A stretch of DNA of 64,000 bases from Smithellaceae bacterium. GTDB taxonomy: Bacteria; Desulfobacterota; Syntrophia; Syntrophales; Smithellaceae. The DNA is taken from NCBI GenBank assembly GCA_963667845.2, contig CAXXVL010000001.1, positions 512,001 through 576,000 on the forward strand. Direction: 5' to 3'. Position numbers and translations under genes: made by a program. The notes beneath the pieces are model-generated. The model saw only the letters and a program-made list of their open reading frames with translations. It was not told the origin of the DNA and made no database searches. Position 1 is the first letter of the stretch, and each line of letters starts with the position of its first letter. Below are positions 38,856-48,298 of this stretch, piece by piece.

Positions 38856-41579
38856 TTAAAGTACTTCTCTAGTGAATTCCCAATATCTATATAGTCCATT
38901 TGCATATCTTAAAGCAGAAGATGATTTCCATTGACGATCGAATTCCTGGGATATTAGCTCTCCGATTTTCAACCTTGAAAGGTTAGGATCTTTTTCTAAT
39001 ATTTTATTTAACAGTTGTATTGATGTCGAATTTAGTGTTGCGGATTTAACAATATCTTTAGGCATTATTTGATTATTTAGAGATGGATTAATGGTTAATC
39101 TATCTCTATCCCATTGTGCTAATTCAAGAGCCGTCAAATCTTGAGCAGCATTTCTGAGACTATGTGCCATAACATGACTCCTATTAACAATCTTTTCATC
39201 GCAGAGTTTAATGAACAGACTAATTGTTGCCTCAGGTGGTGCGGCCCCCACAAAGTAAGATTTTTTGATTTTAGATCTACTGAATTTAGCTATGCCATAA
39301 GTTGAGCTTTTCTCTTTTAATGGATAGATAATAAACTCGTGTCCTTTTGGTTCAATAAGTCCAGAATATTCAAACCACGGTATTAGACGATTAAAATATT
39401 TATCTCTAGTTTTAGGTTTAAGATTAATACCTGAGTATATACTACGCACAACTTCAACACCTTCATTTCTCGATATAATCTTCTTTTCATTGCTGTTTGA
39501 AATTAATCTTCGGTATACTATGTGATCTGCAAACTGTGATCGAATTCTTTCTGGTAATGTTTTAAATGTGAGATCATTTGCAATAATGTAATTGCCTGCG
39601 GAATCTTTTTGACATGCAACTAAGCTCATTAAGTCTGTAACTATGTTGAATGTTGTCGCTTCGGAATATCGAACAAGTTCTGATAATTTTTGAATAGAGG
39701 CATTCTCATTCTTAAATAACACTGCAAGTGCACTTAGAGACATCTTTAAGGTTGAATTGGGAATGTATGCCCATGGTATAGCAGGAACAACACCTTCATT
39801 TAAATAATCACGAAATATATCCCAATAGACAGAAAAACGTTGACCCGTTCGAACTATGATTCGTTTATTTAATAACGATGAAACCACTTCATCATTATAC
39901 CTCTCATAGACTTCCAAGGAATCAGCAGGCGAATTTTTAGCTATATATTTCAAACACGATATTTGTGTCTCCGATAATGGATCCAAATCTTCATTGAAAA
40001 GCGATTGAATGTTAAGTCGACTCCCGAGAAGTTCTAATTGAGAAGTTCCGCTTTGTATTTGATTGTAAACATGAATGCATAGTTTCTTTAGAAGCCACGG
40101 CAGGCCTTGGCTTTGTTCTAAAAGCCTTCTTCTTAGAGGTTGAACTAATCTATTTTTAAGCAACTTTTCAAATTGGGATATTACTTTTGATGATTCTGAA
40201 TTGTCAAAGGCAGAGAGTTTCTTTGTAAGCCTATAATCATTTAACTCCTGCCAAAGCTGATAAGCGGGGTTGTCGTCGGATAGAGATATCCCGGTTCGCC
40301 AAGAAAATCCTACAACCAAATTTGATTGTTCGGAGTTGATATCAAGAGCAAATCTTTTAAATATACGAAAAATTGGTAAAAGTTCATCTTTAGTAAAAAC
40401 TTCTTCAAACTGATCGAAAAATAGCACCAAGACTTTTTTGTTCTCACGAAGATAGCTCTGTACTAATTTAATCGTAGGACTTGACAGAATACTATTGGCA
40501 TCTGAAATAAAAGGCTCTTCATCTATATCAATAAATTTTTCATCTTTTGCTGCTTTTACTGCTTGCAGAAGAGCTTCCGCGACGAACATAGGACCTCTTG
40601 CTGACCTGACGTCAACAGGGAAAAGGAATAATTTATTTTTCCATTTGATGTTCTTGAATCGTTCTGATAGTTTCGCAACCAAAGAGGATTTACCAAGGCC
40701 CGAGCCCCCTGTAATAGAAATTAGTCTTGTCTTTGTTCTACATTCTCGAACGCCTTCGAGAAAATCCCATAATTCTTTTTGTAGCCCGAGCCTACCAACA
40801 AAATCTTCAGGACGACACGGACGATAATCAAGAAGTGCATCCGCTGTAACAATTTTGCTCACAAATTCTTGGGATGTGGGCCCGTTGTCTGCAATTTTCT
40901 GAGTAGATTGATTTCTCGCACCTAAATAGTCGGTTATAGGAAGTCCCTCTAATAACTCAAATGAATCTAAAAGAGAACGTATACGTTCTAGTTCTGGAAT
41001 TTCACCCTTTCTTGATATGGTGAAAAGTAACAGACGATAAGGTTTTCCGTCTTTTTGATCTTGGAACAACCAGATAAAAGGAATTTCTGGGTGGATAATT
41101 AGATTTGCATGTGACACTGTAACAGGAATTTCATTTACTGAAGGAAATTCTGATGTTTTTGAGTCAATGATAGCTTCAATTATTTGTGCTGGACCGTAAT
41201 AAGAGAAGCTTATTCTCTCATCATTCTTTAATTCTTCTATGGCGCCCTTCGCATCTTTGCCTAGCGGACCAATCGAAAATAAAGCAACTTTTTGGATTTT
41301 TTTTCGAAAAGCTTGACCAACGCAAATATCAATGACATTAGCGCTCAATGGTTTCGAATGAAATTTGCATTCTACATAGATTTGATCACCTGAAGGTTTA
41401 TGTGTGGCAAGAAGATCGATTTCCATACCAGTAAATCGAATTCGCTCAATAACACTGTATGACTGTCGTTGAAGTATCTGCGAAGCTAATCCTTCAAGAT
41501 ACTTCCCTTTGGCATCATTTTCCCACGATTTAGGTATTAGAACCGAAATTGATTTTTCCAAAAGTGTTGTTCTCATCAT
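38856..41579 (-). CDS. Mrr-like PD-(D/E)xK nuclease fused to a STAND-type NTPase; AT-rich
   Basis: KGKYLE...EIDLLA...YVECK nuclease; FVGR; Walker A GGSGLGKS; Walker B LFFDQFEE; GLPWLL (GxP). Start 41579 after AGGA. Confidence 0.8.
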   Translation of the reverse strand: MMRTTLLEKSISVLIPKSWENDAKGKYLEGLASQILQRQSYSVIERIRFTGMEIDLLATHKPSGDQIYVECKFHSKPLSANVIDICVGQAFRKKIQKVALFSIGPLGKDAKGAIEELKNDERISFSYYGPAQIIEAIIDSKTSEFPSVNEIPVTVSHANLIIHPEIPFIWLFQDQKDGKPYRLLLFTISRKGEIPELERIRSLLDSFELLEGLPITDYLGARNQSTQKIADNGPTSQEFVSKIVTADALLDYRPCRPEDFVGRLGLQKELWDFLEGVRECRTKTRLISITGGSGLGKSSLVAKLSERFKNIKWKNKLFLFPVDVRSARGPMFVAEALLQAVKAAKDEKFIDIDEEPFISDANSILSSPTIKLVQSYLRENKKVLVLFFDQFEEVFTKDELLPIFRIFKRFALDINSEQSNLVVGFSWRTGISLSDDNPAYQLWQELNDYRLTKKLSAFDNSESSKVISQFEKLLKNRLVQPLRRRLLEQSQGLPWLLKKLCIHVYNQIQSGTSQLELLGSRLNIQSLFNEDLDPLSETQISCLKYIAKNSPADSLEVYERYNDEVVSSLLNKRIIVRTGQRFSVYWDIFRDYLNEGVVPAIPWAYIPNSTLKMSLSALAVLFKNENASIQKLSELVRYSEATTFNIVTDLMSLVACQKDSAGNYIIANDLTFKTLPERIRSQFADHIVYRRLISNSNEKKIISRNEGVEVVRSIYSGINLKPKTRDKYFNRLIPWFEYSGLIEPKGHEFIIYPLKEKSSTYGIAKFSRSKIKKSYFVGAAPPEATISLFIKLCDEKIVNRSHVMAHSLRNAAQDLTALELAQWDRDRLTINPSLNNQIMPKDIVKSATLNSTSIQLLNKILEKDPNLSRLKIGELISQEFDRQWKSSSALRYANGLYRYWEFTREVL

Positions 41580-41660
41580 TTTAATTTCCTGAAAAATCAT
41601 TGGGGGTAAATTAAAAGACATAAATGGGGCATTGGGAATATCATTAAGTCTTTGTAACTA

Positions 41661-41709
41661 GGGTCAGGTCTTGAAAAATCAGTTTTCAGCCTCCATTAAT
41701 GATTTGAAA
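41661..41709 (-). repeat. Motif A, inverted copy
   Basis: GGGTCAGGTCTTGAAAAATCAGTTTTCAGCCTCCATTAATGATTTGAAA. Confidence 0.8.
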
Positions 41710-41789
41710 TTATATAGTGATGCGTGATGAAGAATACTACTTCTCAGATATAATGCAAGATTAAACATGTAGTTGCTGGTTGGAAAGAG

Positions 41790-42048
41790 AGATTGCCACC
41801 CCCTAGGGGCGCGGCGGCGTCTGGTGAGTGCCCTCGTGTGACCTCGCGCCACCTCGTGTGACCTTCAGGTCATCAGGTGGTCAGGTCATTAGGGTAGAGG
41901 AGTCTCGCAATGACAGGGGTGTATTTGGAGAGCACGGTTCAGAGGTTCCGTTGGAGTTAATAAGGCAATTGGCATTCCGGCATCAAAATGATAGATAGTA
42001 GGGGACGTACTTCAAAATATCAATTCAGTTTCATTCAATCAAACAGGT
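41790..42048. repeat. AGATTGCCAC...CTCGCAATGACA palindrome with nested hairpins, a 65-bp repeat and motif F
   Basis: 41930-41993 matches 46016-46080; 42001-42045 matches 52562-52605. Confidence 0.8.
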
Positions 42049-42271
42049 TGTGTAACCCAGGGATCTTGCGGCATCCAGCATCGTGCAACCTGAAAGCTCA
42101 CGCCCTGGAAGGTGTTGATGGACTTTGCCTGGATGGCTCGAGAACCGTTTCTAATAAACAGAAGAATCTTAACGTCCAAGCATTCAGAGGTAGGATCTAC
42201 ATACCAATAAACGAGTGTTTAACTATTATTGCTTATTCCGTTTCTGTTTCGTATTCTAATGCGAATAGAGA

Positions 42272-42480
42272 AATACGATGATTCTGTGATCACAACGAAG
42301 GTAAAGTCTGTGCTTGCGGGAGATGACTTGCTCAGATCTTTTCAGATCAGTGTCGAAGCCTACCACTGCACCGTTCAGTTGAGCGGCTTCGTTAATTCTC
42401 AGCAGGCCGTCGCTAAAGCGGGTGAAATCGTCAAGAGTGTCAAGGGAGTAAAATCTCTTTAAAATAATCTAAGTGTGAAA
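42272..42480 (+). pseudogene. BON (OsmY-like) domain remnant
   Basis: DDSVITTKVKSVL...VQLSGFVNS...VKGVKSL*NNLSVK; in-frame TAA, no signal peptide or RBS. Confidence 0.7.
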
Positions 42481-42511
42481 AGGCGGCAAAGCCGGGGAAA
42501 TGGGAGGTTCT

Positions 42512-42733
42512 ATGAGACCGAAGACCATCATTGCTATTATACTGATCGCTCTGGGAATCGTGGCACTAGCTTACCAGGGCATTACTTACACGACTCGGGA
42601 GAAAGTTGTCGATATCGGCCCTATCCAGATGACGGCTGAGAAAACAAAAACGATTCCCCTGCCGCCCGTTTTGGGTGCTATTGCGCTTGTAGGCGGCATC
42701 GTGCTGCTGGTCGTGGGGGGCAGGAAAGACTAA
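42512..42733 (+). CDS. Small two-TM membrane protein (DUF3185-like)
   Basis: RBS GGGAGG; YQGITYTTREKVVDIGP...TIPLPPVLG. Confidence 0.8.
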   Translation: MRPKTIIAIILIALGIVALAYQGITYTTREKVVDIGPIQMTAEKTKTIPLPPVLGAIALVGGIVLLVVGGRKD

Positions 42734-42774
42734 ACAGATCAACGAACAAATCGAGATCATCAAAGGAGAATACC

Positions 42775-42954
42775 ATGAAACCAAGTACAAAAGATCAGGC
42801 AGAAGGCAAGCTTCATCAAGTGAAAGGTAAGATCAAAGAGGTTGCCGGGAAGCTTGCCGATGATCCAGAGTTGGAAGGCGAAGGTACCGGCGAAAAGATA
42901 GCAGGCAAAGTTCAGGAAAAGATCGGTCAGGTCAAGAAGGTTTTGGGGAATTAG
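42775..42954 (+). CDS. CsbD family stress protein (59 aa; absent from the ORF track)
   Basis: RBS AAGGAG; MKPSTKDQAEGKLHQVKGKIKEVAGKLADDPELEGEGTGEKIAGKVQEKIGQVKKVLGN. Confidence 0.9.
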   Translation: MKPSTKDQAEGKLHQVKGKIKEVAGKLADDPELEGEGTGEKIAGKVQEKIGQVKKVLGN

Positions 42955-43022
42955 TAAAAAAAGGGGACGATTATTCCTCCGGTCTGGCAAGAGAACGGTT
43001 TGATGTTCTTGGAGGGTATTGT

Positions 43023-44165
43023 CTAAGCATTCTGACCGCGGTAGGCCGCAACTCTTTGCCTGATTTCGGGCAGATGCGGTTGAATATGCTGGTAAACCAT
43101 CTTGATGGCCATACAGTACTCACTCATATTTTTATAACCTGTCTCCGGAAGATACCTGAAACGCGTGCAGTCGCCATTGCAGAATGGAGCAATCCGGCAT
43201 TCTCTGCAGGGTTTTGCAACATCGGCTTTGAGGGAAGCGAACTTTACCCGTAACGGGCTCGTCATCATTTCCCGGATGCTGTTCTCCAGCAAGTTCCCGA
43301 TCTTCCATTGGTCGAATACGAAAAAATCGCAGGGGTAGCAATCTCCGTTATGTTCAACAACGAGGTATCCGTTACATTCTTTATTGTAGCAGCAGGATGC
43401 CTTAAGGCCGTCGACAAGATACAACAGGATGTCCTCAAAAAACCTGATGGATACATTGAAAAAATCCTTTTTAAACCATTCATCAAAAAGTTGAATATAA
43501 AATTCCCCGGTTTCCTTCCCGCTGACAGAAAACGATTTCTGCGCTCCGGATGTGCAATCGTGCTCAAAGCAGTTTATGAATTGAAGGAATTTGAAATCGT
43601 GGGAGCGGAAAAAATTATAAAGCTCCAGCGGTGATTTTATATTCTGGTCGGTCAGCAGGCACAGGATATTGAATTCAACATCATGCTCGTTCATCAACCC
43701 GATGCTGCGCATGACTTCCGCAAAGGTACCTTTTCGGGCCTGATCCTTTCGATAAAAATCATGGATCGGCTGAGGACCATCCAGGCTGATGCCGACAAGA
43801 AACCTCTCTTCACGAAGAAACTCGCACCACTGATCGTTGAGGAGAAGGCCGTTGGTCTGCATCGAGTTTTCAATGGCCTGTCCGGGGCGCGCGTATTTTT
43901 TTTGAAAGGCGACCGCATGACGGAAAAAATCCAGGCCCATCAGCGTCGGTTCTCCCCCCTGCCAGCAAAAGCTGTTGAGATCCGCATTTACCGAGAGCGC
44001 CTTCCTGATCATGATTTCAAGCGTGTGAAGGCTCATTTTCATCGCTGTCTCCGGATACATATCCCGGACACGACGATAAAAGCAGTACGCGCAGGAAAGA
44101 TTGCACAGGCCGGACGCTGGTTTAACGAGCAGTGATATTGCTTGCAAAGCGGTTTGTTTCTCCAT
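43023..44165 (-). CDS. Anaerobic sulfatase maturase (radical SAM/SPASM)
   Basis: KPASGLCNLSCAYCFY, WQGGEPTL, QTNG, GDCYPCDF, CRECRIAPFCNGDC. Confidence 0.92.
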   Translation of the reverse strand: MEKQTALQAISLLVKPASGLCNLSCAYCFYRRVRDMYPETAMKMSLHTLEIMIRKALSVNADLNSFCWQGGEPTLMGLDFFRHAVAFQKKYARPGQAIENSMQTNGLLLNDQWCEFLREERFLVGISLDGPQPIHDFYRKDQARKGTFAEVMRSIGLMNEHDVEFNILCLLTDQNIKSPLELYNFFRSHDFKFLQFINCFEHDCTSGAQKSFSVSGKETGEFYIQLFDEWFKKDFFNVSIRFFEDILLYLVDGLKASCCYNKECNGYLVVEHNGDCYPCDFFVFDQWKIGNLLENSIREMMTSPLRVKFASLKADVAKPCRECRIAPFCNGDCTRFRYLPETGYKNMSEYCMAIKMVYQHIQPHLPEIRQRVAAYRGQNA

Positions 44166-44197
44166 TTCCGTGATGAGGCCCGTATTTGCGGATGCCG

Positions 44198-45751
44198 TTA
44201 ATCGAGGAATCCCCGCGGGTTCTTTTTGGCCTGTTTCTCCCACTCCACGAGCAGTTTATTCATTTGTTCAGCGATATCGGGGTAGGTATTGATGGCGTTG
44301 TAGTTCTCACCGGGGTCAACTGACAGATCGTAAAGCAGGGGGGCCCTGCTTCCCAGTTGTTTTTTCCCCATGGCATCGGGCAGCGCTTCCGCATCGAGGG
44401 GAATCGGCCAGACGTAGCGGTTTAATTTTCTGAAGTACTTCCACTTTCCGGAGCGGACGCCTTCCAGCTGGTCATAGTGATAGAAATAGACGGCATCGTG
44501 CGGTGACCGGGGATTCCGTCCGGACAAAAGGCCATTAATGTCCTTTCCATCGATGATGCGGTCGGTGGGGTGTCCGATTCCTGTCAGTGAAAGCAGCGTG
44601 GGAAACAGGTCCAGGTTGATGGCCGGTTCGGAAGAAACAGTCCCCGGTGGGATATGGCCCGGCCATCTTGCAATAAAGGGCACCCTGAATCCGCCTTCGT
44701 AACTTTGTCCTTTTCGGCCCCTGAGGCTTCCCGGACTTCCTTCGTACCAGGGGCCGTTGTCACTGGTAAACATGATGATTGTGTTTCGTTCTATCTTTTG
44801 CTTTCGCAGTGTTCTGGTGATTTCTCCCAGGCTCCAGTCAATTTCCTCAACGGCGTCACCGAATTTTCCGGCTTTCGATTTTCCGGCAAAATTCTCCGAT
44901 GCATAGAGCGGCTGGTGTGGAAACGTGTGGGCAAAATACAGGAAGAACGGCTTGTCTTTTGACTTTTCAATGAAAGCCAAGGCTTCCTTTGTGTAGATAC
45001 CGGTCAGCCTGGCCTGGTTCGTCCCGATGTCTGCTTCCAGTTGTGTTTCGTTGCGAAAGAGGGGACAGGGCTGCATATCATTGCTGTGAGGGACGCCCAG
45101 GTACTGGTCAAAACCATGCCTTGTCGGATTGAATTCGGGCTGCCGGCTGTAGTCGCCCAGATGCCATTTGCCTACCATCGCGGTTCGGTAACCGGCGACC
45201 TTCAAGGCTTCGGCGATTGTGATTTCTTTGCCGGAGAGCCCCTCGGCAACATAATTCTCATGCAGATCAACGGCTCCCAGAGGCGTAAAGATGTATGCGA
45301 TTTTTCTTTCGATCCTGCGCAAGAGCGGCGAATCGGAAGGATACGGATTTCCGATGATGCCTGTCCGGAACGGATGGCGTCCGGTCAACAGGCCTGCTCG
45401 CGATGGCGCGCAGACGGCATTACAGGCGTAATAGTCGGTAAACATCATTCCTTCACGGGCGAGCGCGTCGATGTTGGGCGTGCGGATTGCCTTGTTACCG
45501 TAGCAGCCGAGGTCGCCATAGCCGAGATCGTCACAGTAGATGATGATAATGTTGGGTTTCGGAGCTGACGGATTTGTAACAGCCAGGGGTTTGAGTTTGG
45601 AATCTTCGGGGTATGGCCCATAGAGTTCATCGATTGATTTGGTGCCCAGCAGCTTGTAACCGGCCGTGCCGACCGCTGCAATTCCTCCGACGACGACGCC
45701 CGCTCGAAGCGAATATTTAATCACATCACGCCTGGATATTTTTTCGGCCAT
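44198..45751 (-). CDS. Cys-type sulfatase with Tat-like leader
   Basis: DDLGYGD, CAPSRAGLLTGR, GKWHLG, TSDNG; N-terminal SRRDVIK. Confidence 0.92.
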   Translation of the reverse strand: MAEKISRRDVIKYSLRAGVVVGGIAAVGTAGYKLLGTKSIDELYGPYPEDSKLKPLAVTNPSAPKPNIIIIYCDDLGYGDLGCYGNKAIRTPNIDALAREGMMFTDYYACNAVCAPSRAGLLTGRHPFRTGIIGNPYPSDSPLLRRIERKIAYIFTPLGAVDLHENYVAEGLSGKEITIAEALKVAGYRTAMVGKWHLGDYSRQPEFNPTRHGFDQYLGVPHSNDMQPCPLFRNETQLEADIGTNQARLTGIYTKEALAFIEKSKDKPFFLYFAHTFPHQPLYASENFAGKSKAGKFGDAVEEIDWSLGEITRTLRKQKIERNTIIMFTSDNGPWYEGSPGSLRGRKGQSYEGGFRVPFIARWPGHIPPGTVSSEPAINLDLFPTLLSLTGIGHPTDRIIDGKDINGLLSGRNPRSPHDAVYFYHYDQLEGVRSGKWKYFRKLNRYVWPIPLDAEALPDAMGKKQLGSRAPLLYDLSVDPGENYNAINTYPDIAEQMNKLLVEWEKQAKKNPRGFLD

Positions 45752-45962
45752 GCGAATTTCCTCCGTGCAAAGAAGTATAAAGAGAATGGCTGTGCCTGTC
45801 AATTAAATCCGGATTGCATAAAGGAAACACAACGACATCCTGTATTGTTCCCGTCAAGAGAAAGACGTATTTCTTACAGAGCAGCAATATCGGCGATGAG
45901 GTACAGGACCGCGTCAGGCAGCGTCGGCAATGAAGGGAAACATATAGTGGCGGTTAAAAGAT

Positions 45963-46080
45963 AGATTGCCACGGCTTCTGAGAGAAGCCTCGCAATGACA
46001 CGGACACATTTGTCCGAGCATGGTTCGGGCTTTCCGTTTGAGTTAATAAGGCGATTGGCATTCGCGGATCAAAATGATAT
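45963..46080. repeat. AGATTGCCAC...CTCGCAATGACA palindrome + 65-bp repeat
   Basis: Same outer arms and downstream segment as 41790-41993, with a short loop. Confidence 0.8.
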
Positions 46081-46184
46081 GTTGATTTTGCGGCTATACC
46101 TAAGCCACGAAAAAGCCACCGTCTGTTGGCCAGGCTATTGCTGGAGGATTGAAGAGATACTGTTCAGGGGAAAAGGAGAATACG

Positions 46185-48281
46185 ATGACTAATCATGAAG
46201 CTGTCTTGGTAAATTCACTTAAAGATAAATATATCAATTCGGACAATAAAGCCTGCTTTTACGAGCGGGAGAAGGTGCTGAATCGAATCGGGAGAATGAA
46301 CTATTTGAAGAAACCGGGCTACGCCGGGATTCTCGCCGAGATGCTGAGCGAGGCATCCACCCCCATTGAGGACGAGGATGTCTTTGCCGGCCGGATGGTC
46401 GAGGCCGTGCCGGAGCCGCGCTGGAGGGTCCCCAACATGGACGTCATCACCAATCCCGGACACCTTCATTTCCACTGGGGCGAAATCCTGAAGCTTGGCG
46501 TGGGCGGCATTCTGGAGAAAATCGAGCGCCGGGCGAAAGAATTGGGCGACCACAAGTCGCGGGCCTTTGCCAGAAACGCCCGGATTCAGGTGGAGGCGGT
46601 GGATGGTTTCGTCAGGCGCTATGCGGAAGCTGCTGCCGGGAAGGCCGCTCAGTTTGATGCCCAGACGGGACAGCGCTTTATGCGGATGGCCCGGGCCCTG
46701 GAGGTCGTGCCGATGAAGCCTGCATACGATCTCTTCTCGGCTCTGCAGGGGATCTGGATCCTGCACATGATTGCCAGCTGCTATGCAGGGGCGCGCGACT
46801 ATGGCTTTGGCCGGATCGACCAGTACCTGCTGCCTTATTACGAAAAAGATCTCGTCTGCGGTGTCTACTCGCAAGAGGAGGCAGACGCCTTGCTGGCCTT
46901 CTTTCTCATGAAGCCCAACGAAATCTGCGGGCTCGGAAGTTACAATCATAAAGTGAAGCCCATTCCCAGCGTTGCGAGCAAGCAGTACCTGACCCTGGGC
47001 GGATGCGACGCAAGCGGCGTCTCCCAGGCCAACGCCTTGTCTTTTGCCTTTCTCCGGGCGGAGGAAATCGCCAACATGCCGGAACCGGTTGTAGTGGCGC
47101 GCTTTGACCCGCAGGCGGACCCCGCTTTTGCCGCCCAGGTTTACCGCACCATGTCCGTGGTGACCGACAAGATGCACGCCTATAACGATCGGCTCATCTT
47201 CAACGCACTGAAGCGCAGGGGTCTGCCGGACGACATTGCGGCGGACTTCACCTTTTCCGGCTGCTGCAACGTTGAAGTTAATCACCGCACGATCCGCAAT
47301 GAATGGTATTTCCCCACGCCGGAATGGCTGTGCGAGGCTCTCGGGATCATCGGGAAGGAGTCACCTGCGTATCAATCCATGGATGAGATCCTGCAGGCTT
47401 TGAAAAATACAGCGCGCCGGCATATTGAAGAGCACCTGGACATGGAAGTGGCCAATGCATCGTCGTGGCGTGTTATGGACCAGCGCGGCCATACGTTTGA
47501 CGCCATGTTCATGGGCGAGTGCGCCGACCGCTGCCGGTATCCCCTGGACGGCGGCGTGGATTTCTATCTGGTTGACGCCTATTTCACCGGAGCCGCCACG
47601 GTGATCGATTCGCTTTCGGCCATCGACCGGCTGGTCTTCCGGGAGAAACGCTTCAGTCTTCCCGAATTTGTGCAGATTTTAAAGGACAACTACCAGGGGC
47701 GGCCGCTCTTGCCTGCGGAACTGAAAAACAAGTTCCCCAAATTCGGCAATGATGACGAGGAGGGTGACCGTTATGCTGCTCCCGCCATGAATGCGCTTCT
47801 GGATGTGCTCGACGAGATGAACTGGCCGCAAGGCTACATCGCTGTCGGCGGTTTCTATTCCCTTCACCACCATAACGATTTCGGCTGGGAACTGGGCGCC
47901 ACGCCGGACGGAAGAATGGCGGGCGAACCTTTTAGCGAGAACCAGTCCCCTGTGTATGGAGCGGATAAGAAGGGGGTCACGGCGCTGCTTTGTTCTCTGG
48001 CCAAGCTGCCTTTCCACCGCACGGCCTGCGGCGGGGTGAACCTTACCTTCTCATCGCCGGTTACCCCGGAATTGCTCGCTTCGATCATCGAGTCTTATTT
48101 CAAAATGGGTGGTCTCCACATCGCCGTCACGGTGGTCGATCGGGCGACGCTTCAGGCCGCGCTTACGAACCCTGAGCAGTATCGAACGCTCACGGTGCGG
48201 CTATTCGGCTTCAGTGAGTATTTTGTTCACCTGTCCGAGTGGCAGCAGAAGGAATTCCTGGCGCGAACCGCCCTGAATTAG
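46185..48281 (+). CDS. Glycyl radical enzyme (PFL-like), function unknown
   Basis: GRIDQYL, SGCCN Cys loop, PKFGND, GATPDGR, TVRLFGFS Gly loop; RBS AAGGAG. Confidence 0.88.
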   Translation: MTNHEAVLVNSLKDKYINSDNKACFYEREKVLNRIGRMNYLKKPGYAGILAEMLSEASTPIEDEDVFAGRMVEAVPEPRWRVPNMDVITNPGHLHFHWGEILKLGVGGILEKIERRAKELGDHKSRAFARNARIQVEAVDGFVRRYAEAAAGKAAQFDAQTGQRFMRMARALEVVPMKPAYDLFSALQGIWILHMIASCYAGARDYGFGRIDQYLLPYYEKDLVCGVYSQEEADALLAFFLMKPNEICGLGSYNHKVKPIPSVASKQYLTLGGCDASGVSQANALSFAFLRAEEIANMPEPVVVARFDPQADPAFAAQVYRTMSVVTDKMHAYNDRLIFNALKRRGLPDDIAADFTFSGCCNVEVNHRTIRNEWYFPTPEWLCEALGIIGKESPAYQSMDEILQALKNTARRHIEEHLDMEVANASSWRVMDQRGHTFDAMFMGECADRCRYPLDGGVDFYLVDAYFTGAATVIDSLSAIDRLVFREKRFSLPEFVQILKDNYQGRPLLPAELKNKFPKFGNDDEEGDRYAAPAMNALLDVLDEMNWPQGYIAVGGFYSLHHHNDFGWELGATPDGRMAGEPFSENQSPVYGADKKGVTALLCSLAKLPFHRTACGGVNLTFSSPVTPELLASIIESYFKMGGLHIAVTVVDRATLQAALTNPEQYRTLTVRLFGFSEYFVHLSEWQQKEFLARTALN

Positions 48282-48298
48282 AAGGGGCTTTGCGGGCG

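Noticed and set aside
20578..41709. CRISPR array or integron attC sites as the explanation for the recurring repeats
   Set aside because: The repeats are degenerate, kilobases apart and in both orientations, without regular spacers or cas genes. I saw no consistent RYYYAAC...GTTRRRY boxes and no integrase.
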